IMG/VR virus record: IMGVR_UViG_3300047300_000614
Span: 1 to 54,054 of that record
DNA from: a virus
Taxonomy: Duplodnaviria > Caudoviricetes
Direction: 5' to 3' (one strand)
DNA length: 54,054 bases
Below, one piece after another: positions 38,501 through 47,600 of this stretch. How positions within the stretch are numbered: the stretch's first letter is position 1; every line of letters begins with the position of its first letter. The translations under genes were made by a program, and so were the position numbers. The notes below the pieces were generated by a model that saw nothing but the letters and a program-made list of their open reading frames with translations, was not told the origin of the DNA and searched no databases.

Positions 38501-39007
38501 AACTTGAGTTGCTGCAGTTTTATTAGCATTGTTATATAAATAACTTGCAGTACCCAGTCCTGCTAACGCTGATCCAGCAATACCCATAGGTATATATTGT
38601 GAAACAATAGGTAAATACTGAGACCATGAAGATTCTTCTTGCTCTTGAGGGGTTTCTGGTGCTGTGGCTTTAGGTAAAGTGTTTGGTGTAGATCTTACAT
38701 TACGAATAGGAGTTACCACAGGTCCTTCTTGAGCAACAGGTTGTTGTGCTGCCATTAAGGTATTTAAATCTTGAGTCTTTTTAAGCATCTCAAGCATCTG
38801 TAAGTTCTGTTCAGCAGTTCCTCGATAGTTTTCAATACCAAGGTTTTGAGCTATAGCTTTACGAGCATTGTAGCCAGCATTCTTTGCTTGACCATGTTCA
38901 GCTAAATAGTCATATACCGAAGGATTGTCTACGGGTGGAGTTTGTTGCCCACCAGTTTGATAATAACCATTAGGCTTTGCTGTAACTCTTACTTTATACT
39001 TCTTCAT
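35519..39007 (-). CDS. Modular virion cargo-like protein (DUF3597-like module, hydrophobic module, EAExGE/HxxGG domain, basic module)
   Basis: SVYDYL...YRGTAEQNLQML, DPTGITAWDD...LPLIGK, EAERGE...GKRHSQGG...FIYSD and GIHIDPAKKGTF. Modules are bounded by xxxGG motifs. Confidence 0.65.
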   Translation of the reverse strand: MKKYKVRVTAKPNGYYQTGGQQTPPVDNPSVYDYLAEHGQAKNAGYNARKAIAQNLGIENYRGTAEQNLQMLEMLKKTQDLNTLMAAQQPVAQEGPVVTPIRNVRSTPNTLPKATAPETPQEQEESSWSQYLPIVSQYIPMGIAGSALAGLGTASYLYNNANKTAATQVGKAAKQAGARVVIDPFKRAEQIAESIRTRGNYTAGEMAELKKIHNEVDLGKMIENVKAGFKRVTPASVAGRSAANQAYEQAYQEAKGLWPVIKDGFAAAKATPLFKFLRHLQEGGQNEDSVLEDIAEVFDPTGITAWDDAYRAYNDPNMPGWEKGLVMASALPLIGKAGKGAKAVVNIGKFAKAKNIAGKIHNIITPIAQSDKYLNPASQFVQHVTGTGMKHAPELLQNFIPGLLNSNNQIRRFNTAYDMITRQFGGDLGEMAYGGQYGHSLDLGSRVIDNEMGKPDPYAVKDTLQAVPRDMANLEAERGETAYGDLDGDGEMEHSKIGGKRHSQGGTPLNLKPGTFIYSDTKSMKLKGQALAQFGKSVTTKKGYTPAELAKQYELNKYKAILEDPNADQYQKRTAEMMMNNNKFKLAQLALAQESKKGFPQGIPQAAMMALPPELVEQLRGMQEQPGMEQEPEAAEYAKKGGSTFSGNAWYQQGGIHIDPAKKGTFKAQATRMGMGTQEAAAHILANKDQYSPEMVKKAVFAHNFAKEEGGLIEYQKRGEVRGFQSWPGDRYSGVKNASKFPSSSWDEYAKSIGYTGTPGDNLALQKYIMQDPKRAARINELHKQYGKPIGGMYDSKLGYRWDQFKNEELKKQQYTNPYFPSDINPNEEFQLPPEVAQNNVPAGYVRDEDYVPAAKDVAEDTQPTGPTAGSAGAGYNPKNARMMRPDKAAILQSLITRAGIPTMSPFVQAPDYVLPETVFADPTRQYAALAEQANMQNQGLRTFGRPQSYLAGSSQIAGKQLEGIANIDAATNAQNVGIANQANAVNAATINQNLAQKAQAANMLAEMSNKYNLENFSMRDAAEKQTLAAYQNAFGNRAKLDALNKTSEYFDIDPRTGFQVLKPGVDISQLIMSGKGSSNTDPYAAIAEQIKKGMDAGLSKEDASKFAMEMLKGNRTTSTYGANGSLSKTQRQMLSGLSSLLGPMGGAYGASAYPFNYYGED

Positions 39008-39027
39008 ATTAATATAGTATCTACTCT

Positions 39028-39065
39028 ATAATTTACTAAAATATTGCTAGTTTAACAAGCTAAAC
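39028..39065 (-). promoter_or_regulatory. Putative late promoter (GTTTA..TAAAC-N13-GTAAATTAT)
   Basis: Shared intergenic motif, 20 nt upstream of the ATG at 39007. Confidence 0.55.
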
Positions 39066-39074
39066 CTCAAGGGT

Positions 39075-41360
39075 TTAAAGGAACTCAACATCTCCACCCA
39101 TTGCTTTGATCTGCATGATTTGATCTGCTGTAAGTTCATACTCCCCACCTTGTTGCATTAATTCAATATGTAAGTGATCACCTTCATTAATGATATCCTC
39201 TATACCATATTGTCTTTTTATGCTAGGATTTTGGGCTAAGAACTTTGTCAATCGATTGTAAGCTGCTGGGTCAGAAGAGTTTGCACCAATATCAATAGCT
39301 TTGTTTGCATAATGTTTAGATCCTCTCATATGCTTACTATCGTTTCCAGATGAGATTTTTAATCCTGGGAAATAATCAGACATTGCAGAAGCAAATGATT
39401 TCAAGTTAGGATCTAAGTTGTTTGTGTTTACTCCTTTCTTTGTACTTATGTTTTTAGTTAAGTAACTCATTGGAGTTGTACCAAACGCATCTTTTGTATA
39501 CTTACCAGTTCTGATATACTTCTCTGCTCCTTCTGGACCTTGGAAGTGAATCAACATCTTAATCTGATTTGTATCAAGATTAGGATTATATTGTTGTTTA
39601 ATCTTTTGAGCTTTTGGTGTAAGTACATTCTGATCCCAATAATCAAAGTATGCTTCTTGTGCTTTTGGACTATTCAAGAACTGGCTCTTACTATTAACAC
39701 CAGTCACTGTACGGATAGTATCTTTGTGAGTATCCCATAAGAACTGATATTTACCAGCAGCTGAACTTGCAAGTGTACCATCTTTTCTACGAGGTAATGC
39801 TTGGTAGTTACCTAGGCTTTCTCGTTGCGCAATAATCTCTCTTAAGTTTCCTTCCGGTGCTTCATATGAAGACTCTGCTTGTTCAGGAGCTTCTTGAGAT
39901 ACTGACATATCATTTGGTTGTGCCCGCATTGATGAGAAATCAAACTCAGGTGTACCGATACCTATTGTATTAATACCAGCTGCGTCATCAAAAGAGTCAA
40001 CTGTATATTTAGATACTGTATCCATTGATACAGGAACCTCAATACCTTGTTGTGCAAATGTTTGATTTGGTCTAAACATACCATATGAACTTGGTCCTTG
40101 TGAAAAGTTACCTCTGTTCATTGTATCATTATACTGTTGATTCCAAGATGCATTCTGAGCACGTAGCATTTGACGGTTAGCTTCTTCACGCTGATTCTGA
40201 TTCTCTAAAGCTTGCATTTGTGAATATGTATTAAATGCATTGAATACACTATCACCAAAATCAGAAACATAATCATCAGCCTTTTCTACTTTTCTTAAGA
40301 AGTTATTTGCTTTTATTTGCCATGGTGAACTTATCTTTTTACCATCTGCTTTAACTGGATTTGTTTCTTGTTGTTTATTAACAACATATCCGCTTTGTTG
40401 TACTTTAGGCGTAGCAGTATTTGTAGTACCAGTCCAACCTGTTTTCCAATCATAAGTAGGGGCACCTGTTAATTGTGGATTAGTTGTACCAGCAGTTGCT
40501 TGTGTTGTTGATGTAGTACCTGTTGGATTTTGACCTACTATTGTAGGTAGATTAAACTGACCAACTGGTTTTTGTTGAATCTGCAAACTTGGCGCAGTCT
40601 GAATATTATATTGCGGTTTAGTTTGTTCAACTGGCTGAGCAACAGTTTGTTGTTGTACAGGTTGTTGTACTGCTTGTTGCTGTGCAACTGCTTGTGCAAC
40701 TGGTTGTGCAGCAGCTTGCGTAGTAGACTGAGTTATAGACTTTGGTGTTTGATATTGTCCAAAGATACCTAAACGTGGTTTCCATGTAGCATTATACGCG
40801 GTACTAGGCTGACCGTTTACCGTATTGATGTTACGATAGTAGTAATCTCTACCTGCATCCATTAACTTAACACGTTCTTCTAGTGGAAGTGCATCAATCT
40901 TTGCTTGATATGATTTATACAAATTTTCAAACTCACCAGCTTTAGCTCCTTTAGCACGGTATGCTCCACGATCTTGAAGACCATTAGGCATATTTTCATA
41001 TTGACGTACATACTGATCTAGCATGTATAAACGAGCATCTTCACCAGTGTTGTATAAAAAGTCACCTGCACGCTCACGCATACCCATTGGTAGACCCTGA
41101 ACCTTTGGTAAATAATCTTGTTGAAAATAACCTACAGCTTCATCTAAAGTTTTTGGATTACGAGTATGATATCCCCAATCAGAAAGACCTGTTCCAGTAG
41201 GAGATCCGTGTTGATATTCATAATCAAAGATTCTTTTTATCCAACTAGTATTATCTTCTTGTGGAGTCTGGCCATTAAACTCACCTAGCGTTTGTGCTTT
41301 TATTAATCCGCCTTGACGTTTAATATCAGGTTTTGCTAATCCTGTGATACGAATCTTCAT
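39075..41360 (-). CDS. Putative virion-associated peptidoglycan hydrolase: GH108-like, lysozyme/transglycosylase-like and M15-type peptidase domains
   Basis: IAQRESLGNY...SAAGKYQF (lysozyme-like fold); ISSG...SKHYANKAID...HLHIE (M15: SxH...D...HxH); N-terminal FDYE...WG...EAVGYFQQDY...LP...DFLYNTG (GH108-like, a weaker call). ATG at 41360 lies 1 nt after the upstream stop. Confidence 0.75.
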   Translation of the reverse strand: MKIRITGLAKPDIKRQGGLIKAQTLGEFNGQTPQEDNTSWIKRIFDYEYQHGSPTGTGLSDWGYHTRNPKTLDEAVGYFQQDYLPKVQGLPMGMRERAGDFLYNTGEDARLYMLDQYVRQYENMPNGLQDRGAYRAKGAKAGEFENLYKSYQAKIDALPLEERVKLMDAGRDYYYRNINTVNGQPSTAYNATWKPRLGIFGQYQTPKSITQSTTQAAAQPVAQAVAQQQAVQQPVQQQTVAQPVEQTKPQYNIQTAPSLQIQQKPVGQFNLPTIVGQNPTGTTSTTQATAGTTNPQLTGAPTYDWKTGWTGTTNTATPKVQQSGYVVNKQQETNPVKADGKKISSPWQIKANNFLRKVEKADDYVSDFGDSVFNAFNTYSQMQALENQNQREEANRQMLRAQNASWNQQYNDTMNRGNFSQGPSSYGMFRPNQTFAQQGIEVPVSMDTVSKYTVDSFDDAAGINTIGIGTPEFDFSSMRAQPNDMSVSQEAPEQAESSYEAPEGNLREIIAQRESLGNYQALPRRKDGTLASSAAGKYQFLWDTHKDTIRTVTGVNSKSQFLNSPKAQEAYFDYWDQNVLTPKAQKIKQQYNPNLDTNQIKMLIHFQGPEGAEKYIRTGKYTKDAFGTTPMSYLTKNISTKKGVNTNNLDPNLKSFASAMSDYFPGLKISSGNDSKHMRGSKHYANKAIDIGANSSDPAAYNRLTKFLAQNPSIKRQYGIEDIINEGDHLHIELMQQGGEYELTADQIMQIKAMGGDVEFL

Positions 41361-41361
41361 A

Positions 41362-44300
41362 TTAAATAATATCAAATGTATAACCTTGTCTTTTTAACTC
41401 AAACATCTCTTCAGGAGTTACATCAATCTCTTGCCCTAAACTTAATTGCCCACCATGCTTTTTATCAGGAGTTACGTATAACGACATACCTTGATTATAT
41501 GGAATGTTAGTAAAGTATGGTTTGTTCAAAGTACTTTTACGACAGTTAATACAACCTGCACTCATTCGATTATTCTTAACATTATTGTCTCCAAAAAGTG
41601 GAAGACGTTGTTTTTCTAATGCAACTGGTACACCATGTAATGCTGCAGTAACTGCTCGATTAGGATCTTTAGGATCTGGTATTAATCGTTTATTAGGATC
41701 AATATGCTGCATTGTAAAAAAGTTATTCGATCCATACTGACTAGCAATATCAGCAACCTTTCCTATTTTATTTGTCTTTGTTACTTTATACTCTCCAGAT
41801 GGTGTAGTTCTAACCTTATAAAATATAGGCTGCGCATCTCCTGCATCTGAACCTAATCCAACTTCATCTTGAAGAACTAGATTACCGTCTTCGTCAAAGA
41901 AATACCCGCGGGAGTTTTGCTTTGATACAATACCAAACTTCTTGCCTTTATTAGTATCATGATACTGATTATAATATCCAGCAACGTCTTGCGGAAGAAT
42001 AAAGTCAGTGTTCTTAACCTCATCTTCATTCACATTCAATAGTTTATAAAGCCAGTTACGATTGTCGATTTTATTTGTTACTCTTTGCATACCTTTAGGT
42101 ACTGGTGGCATTTGACGAGATGCTGAAGCAACATTTCTAAAAGGTACAGCTGCTTGAACTCCAGGTGTTGGGAATGCAACATTAGGTCTAACTTGTTGAA
42201 ACCTTTGCTGCTGCCCTTGCAACATCTGCATCATCTTTAAGTTTTGTTCCGCAGAGCCAGTATAGTTACCATTAAAGTATTGGTCAAACATTTTTTTACG
42301 ATTAGCAAAAGAAGCATTTAATCCTCTTTGTGTCATGTAATCATAAATACTACCGCCTTGCTGTAGGTTCTTTAACCAGTTAATACCTTTGTTAAACCAA
42401 CTAGCTTCTTCCATGGCTTCTACAGGTTCATATTTACCAATACCGTTAAGCTGAATACCATTTTTCATATTATCAAATACTAAATAAGAAGGATGACCAG
42501 ATCCAGCACCTGTGCCATGAACTAATTGACCAGGTTCATTAATATATCCTGTATGCTCATATTTTCTAGAACCAGGATAAAGTCTTGGGCCATAATCACC
42601 GGAGTCATTACTCTTTTCTTGAGAAGTTGCTCTTGCTGCTTTACCTTTTGCTTTTCTACCTGAAGCATCAAGACTATTGTTAATACGATTTAGTCCTACT
42701 AAATAACCCGCATCAAGGCTCTGTAAATATTCAGGAACAGCATATGAAGTAGGATCAGGTAATAGTTCTTGATTACTCTCAATCATTCCTTCATAATTAG
42801 GATTTGTCCAAACAACTGGATTTTGATTACCTAGTAACCAAGCATGATTACGACCAAAATCATAACCTTTTGCACGAGCAAAACTAGTAGCAATATCAGC
42901 ACAACCTTTAGCTGTACAAACAAAACGACTGTTAGGATACATTTTATTAAGCATCTCTGCTTTTTCTACCCAGTCTTTATCAATAGTATTATCACCTACT
43001 TCAGGATATATCTTAGCAATATCTATATAACCATCTTTCGATCTTACTTGACCAGCTTTTTGATATTTTTTCATAACTCCGCCATATTGTTTGTATTGAT
43101 CATATGCTTGATAAGCATCAGATCCTCTTCCTATTACTGGTCCATACTTACCAGTAGCTTTTAAAAGTTCAGCTGCAGCTTTTGCATTCCTCTTTTGTCT
43201 TTTAGTAATTGCTAATCCTGTAGAAAGCATATCTACTAATTGACCAAACTTCTTAGCTTTACCTAACATAGGTATTGCACCAAAAGCTTCAAGAGCAGTT
43301 GCACCAGACATTCCTGAATCAATAGCTGATCGATACACATCATCCCAAGAAGATATACCACTAGGATCAATTATCTCAAAGATATTTTCACCAAGTGTAT
43401 CAGGCATTTGTCCTCTATAATTACCAGGACGAACATGTTTTGCTACATTACCTAATCTTGTGTTATCTGGATATGCTATAGTCTGTCCACCCGGTTGCAT
43501 TTTATTTTTACCAGTAACTACGTTAGTACCTTGTTTATATCCATTAGCACCATACCATGTAGCTTGTTCGTCATTAGGGAACTGAATATACTGACCAGTG
43601 TCCATTGCGTAGTTATAAGCAGCACGAGGATCTCTTTGATTTAACCACTCTACAAACTTATTACCTGGACGTTGAACAACAGTAGGATAAGCACGAGCAT
43701 CACCGGATTCCATAAAATGCGTACTTGGTTTTTTAGAACCAGGTAAGAACATCTGTGGAGCATTAGGATTGTACATACGCTGAACAAAGTTCTTGTCCAT
43801 GTTTGCATTATTTACACTATCAACCCACGCTGTTCTATTAGAATCCCATAGACCGCCAAACTGCATCTTAGATTTGATCTTACGTTCTTGCTCTAGCATC
43901 TCCTTAGTAGGTTTTTTACCAGAACCTTTATTAGCACGAATGTTATCCCAAAGACCACGTCTTGAATATGAACCATCCGCTCTACGAATCATCTCACCAC
44001 CATTCTTAAGCTCTGCCATATCTAAAAAAGATTGTGCATTATAAGTAACATTATCACGATTAAAATCAGACATCATTTGTCGCGCAATCTCTGCACGATT
44101 TTGTCGATCTTCTATTTGAGATAATATATCAGCAATACCGTTAACCATCTCACGCTCATCAGATGTCTGACCACCTTCTGCCCAAGTTTTTCTAGCAAAA
44201 GCTCTAAAGAAAGGATTGTTCTCTAGATTCTTTTTATGACGTGCATAGAAAGCTTTCTTACGTTTAGGATCTTTTGGATGTTGACCCATGCTAGAATCGC

Positions 44301-44643
44301 CAAAGTATTTAACAGTACCATCTGGACCAGTAACTTTATGAGTCTTTCCTTTGCGATCATTACTTCGTGTAACAACATATCCACCACTACCCATCATTGG
44401 ATACTCAGTAACATTATCAGCATCAGGATAATAATACTGTTGATCAGGATACATCATTTGTGGTTGCCCTACATTAGGTACACCTAACACAGGATAACTA
44501 ACTGCATCCATAGTAATACTATTAGATGGGATGTTTGTTATCTCACCAGGATGTTGCCATTGGTTTTTCGGAACCTTTAGTTTACTAGGTTTCTTGTTTA
44601 AGTCCTTTGTAATCTGTGATAGTAATGATCTGTTATAACTCAT
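41362..44643 (-). CDS. Modular virion cargo-like protein with NlpC/P60-like, DUF3597-like and L,D-transpeptidase domains
   Basis: GCADIA...HAW...EHTGY...LVHG (papain-like fold), SIYDYM...YTGSAEQNLKM, and TPSGEY...ALHG...SAGCIN (YkuD signature). Eight xxxGG motifs separate the modules. Confidence 0.72.
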   Translation of the reverse strand: MSYNRSLLSQITKDLNKKPSKLKVPKNQWQHPGEITNIPSNSITMDAVSYPVLGVPNVGQPQMMYPDQQYYYPDADNVTEYPMMGSGGYVVTRSNDRKGKTHKVTGPDGTVKYFGDSSMGQHPKDPKRKKAFYARHKKNLENNPFFRAFARKTWAEGGQTSDEREMVNGIADILSQIEDRQNRAEIARQMMSDFNRDNVTYNAQSFLDMAELKNGGEMIRRADGSYSRRGLWDNIRANKGSGKKPTKEMLEQERKIKSKMQFGGLWDSNRTAWVDSVNNANMDKNFVQRMYNPNAPQMFLPGSKKPSTHFMESGDARAYPTVVQRPGNKFVEWLNQRDPRAAYNYAMDTGQYIQFPNDEQATWYGANGYKQGTNVVTGKNKMQPGGQTIAYPDNTRLGNVAKHVRPGNYRGQMPDTLGENIFEIIDPSGISSWDDVYRSAIDSGMSGATALEAFGAIPMLGKAKKFGQLVDMLSTGLAITKRQKRNAKAAAELLKATGKYGPVIGRGSDAYQAYDQYKQYGGVMKKYQKAGQVRSKDGYIDIAKIYPEVGDNTIDKDWVEKAEMLNKMYPNSRFVCTAKGCADIATSFARAKGYDFGRNHAWLLGNQNPVVWTNPNYEGMIESNQELLPDPTSYAVPEYLQSLDAGYLVGLNRINNSLDASGRKAKGKAARATSQEKSNDSGDYGPRLYPGSRKYEHTGYINEPGQLVHGTGAGSGHPSYLVFDNMKNGIQLNGIGKYEPVEAMEEASWFNKGINWLKNLQQGGSIYDYMTQRGLNASFANRKKMFDQYFNGNYTGSAEQNLKMMQMLQGQQQRFQQVRPNVAFPTPGVQAAVPFRNVASASRQMPPVPKGMQRVTNKIDNRNWLYKLLNVNEDEVKNTDFILPQDVAGYYNQYHDTNKGKKFGIVSKQNSRGYFFDEDGNLVLQDEVGLGSDAGDAQPIFYKVRTTPSGEYKVTKTNKIGKVADIASQYGSNNFFTMQHIDPNKRLIPDPKDPNRAVTAALHGVPVALEKQRLPLFGDNNVKNNRMSAGCINCRKSTLNKPYFTNIPYNQGMSLYVTPDKKHGGQLSLGQEIDVTPEEMFELKRQGYTFDII

Positions 44644-47600
44644 CGGTTACTGATTTGTAGCTTTGTGCTAATTAGCTTGAATAACATTTTTGTTGAACCA
44701 CTCTTTATCTTTCTTAAGAATACACGATTAGAGTAGTGTCTAAACTTCTTGCGTTCTATTGCTGACTTTTTATAGTCAATATACTTCGGATTAAGTGTTC
44801 TAGTGTATCCATTTGAAGACACATTAAACATCGGTACTTCGTTACCGACAAACTCTCCTCTGTTTTTAGTAATATCCCAGAACTGATTAAAACGATACTT
44901 ATTCTCTTCTTTTGAATAATTAATTCTAATGCTTTCTGATTGTACTGATGGATAAACTAATAAGCTAACAGGATCATTCTTCTTCTTTATGTTAAGCTCT
45001 AAGTAACCAGATACTTGTTCTGAGTTATATACTAAAGCTCTATCAAAGTTATCGTCAAGCAAGTGGAATCTATCATTACCATCGTTTAAGTATTTAAAGC
45101 ACTCAAGAATATACTCAACGTTTCTTACAGTTGATACCGTTGCGCCGGTTGATGCAACATACTCTATTTCAAATGGATAATCAACACCGTAGAAGTTACA
45201 GTATAGATCTGTTCTACTATTATGTCTCCAAATACTTTTATCTTGTACAGATAAGAATGAGCTTCTTGCCGGGATAATAAAGCTAGGATGCCAATCATGA
45301 AGAGATATAAACTGTTCATTCTTAACATCGTAACTCATTGTCCAAGAAGCGTTCTCAAAGTGCAATGGATCACCAAGAACAACTTTGTTCTTTGTTTGCT
45401 TAACTACTCCATTATCAATAAACTCTTCACCTAAAGTATAGAAACCGTTTATAGTATCATACTTAAGGTTTGCATTTATTGGTTTGTAATCTTTTTTAGT
45501 AATGTATAAGATCTCATTAGTATTATCATAGGACATGTTACAGCCAATACCAATAAGAGGGTTATCGTAGTCAGCAAAGTTTGGATAAGCTTTAAGTAAC
45601 TGTGAAGGAAGATATTTGGCAAACCACCACTTGTTACCGTTTCTTGAGATCTCTTTGTATTGTCCTGCATACTGAAAGATTTTACCTTGTTCTTGTGATA
45701 CCCAGAATACACCTGCTGGTATACCAACAATGGCGTATTTACTTTGACATGATCCATACTGATACTCATCATCAGTATTCATTATGTTTCTCATTGGTTG
45801 TGTGAATAAACCACCATCACCAATAGTTATTTTAATACCTGCATCTGTTTGTAATGTATCAACACCTTGGATTAATATCGGTGACTCATTCTCTAACATG
45901 ATAAGAGCTCCGCTATGACCAACTGATTTTAATGACGTTACCCTACCACTCATATCAATGTAGTTGTTAGGTAAGAAACGTACCCAGTTATCTTGCATCT
46001 GCTCTTTATCTTGAGGTAAAGAATACATGATTCTAGATGGTGAGTAACTATAACATTGTTCAGCTATTTTTGGATCGTAGCTACGTGGCTGTAAAGATCC
46101 CCAGCTAATATAGTTATTATATAACTTAGATACACTAAGAGAGTAATCATATTTATAGAAGTTACCTCTCTTCATAATATCTGATCTAAACATAGAACTT
46201 AAATCAGTATATCGATCAGGATCATAGTGACGTTTTTCTGGAGTCTCATCCCAGTCACGGTATGCTAAGTTTACTTCTGATTCTACAAAGAAGTCTCTAA
46301 CTCCATTACAGAACAAATAGAAGTACCCTCTATCAACAAAGGAATCTTTTTCATAACGATCATCAAGATGTGAAAAAGCAGTAGTTCCTTGAGCAACTAA
46401 TCGTCTTGCATCTGTATTCTCTAACCAATAACGAGGATATGCAACCGACATTCTTGCACGATAGTCATATAACAACTCATCTTGTTGATCATATAACCAA
46501 TCATGGAAAAATAAGAATGGGTTCTTTTCCGTATATCTTCCAATGTAAACATCACCTCCAAATAATATATCAGTTGAATAAACCTTTGTTTTATCTGGTT
46601 GTGTTTGGTATACACATGTATAAACAGGAATCTGTTTAATAGATTCTAGTTGACCATACTGAGATGGAAAAGCAGATTTAATCGCACCATAGTATGCAGA
46701 GATATTAGTCTCAACTATTTGATTAAGACCAACTTGTAATTGTGTCTTTGTATTTCTACTACTGTCAATAGTCTTTGGTGTTTCAAACTCACGTTCTGTA
46801 TTAACTAATACATACTTACCCCTATGTAAGTTATTTATACGGTAGTTATTATAAGACTGTAAGTTATCTCCAATATAGAAAGCATCAGTTACTTTTCTAC
46901 GCGCATTATCTGAAGCAGAATTAATTAGATAGTTGCTATAAAAACCATGAGAGTCATACTGAGCAGCATACTGACGTTTTGGAACCATGCTTGCAATAAC
47001 ATTGATTACCTTTTCAGAATACTGGTCTTTCATTAATTTTGCTGCAGTATATAAAGCATACACGTTCGCAGCAAATGTAGCAACGTTAACTAAGTAAGCA
47101 GCAAGAGAAATAGCAGATGCTACCTCACCACCAAAAGTACCAGCAGCAGCTGGAGGGGCAGGAGTAGGAACAGCCCCACCCATTGAGAATGAGAAAGGTT
47201 GTCCTTCTGTGCCACCAAATGTAATTGTTTTTGCTGCGTTTGTTAATACGTTTGTTGCAATAAGAGTAGCTAACAAACTATCAATAACAGTTTTTGCTTG
47301 CTCACTTAACTGCTTGAACTGAGGATGTTTGTATACATGCTTAAAACTACCTTGAGATTTACCATAAACCTCACTATATATCTTTAATTCACTAGCTGAA
47401 AGATAAGGTTTAGAGAAAGAAGTATCAGGACTATGGAAAGAAAACATGTCCTTTCTATACTCAGTCAATGGATCTTCTAAACGATTATTTCTTGAACCAA
47501 CATCAATAAAGCTTTTATTTGATGTTAAAAATAAATCGGATCTTAAGTCGTTATAAGGATAGTTTTGATATAATCCTTTAACTCCTGGTTGATCAGGCAT

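Noticed and set aside
40440-40745. Repetitive TTG/TGC-rich DNA resembling a tandem repeat
   Set aside because: It encodes an imperfect Q/A/P/T-rich linker of the 766-aa protein and has no fixed-period DNA repeat.
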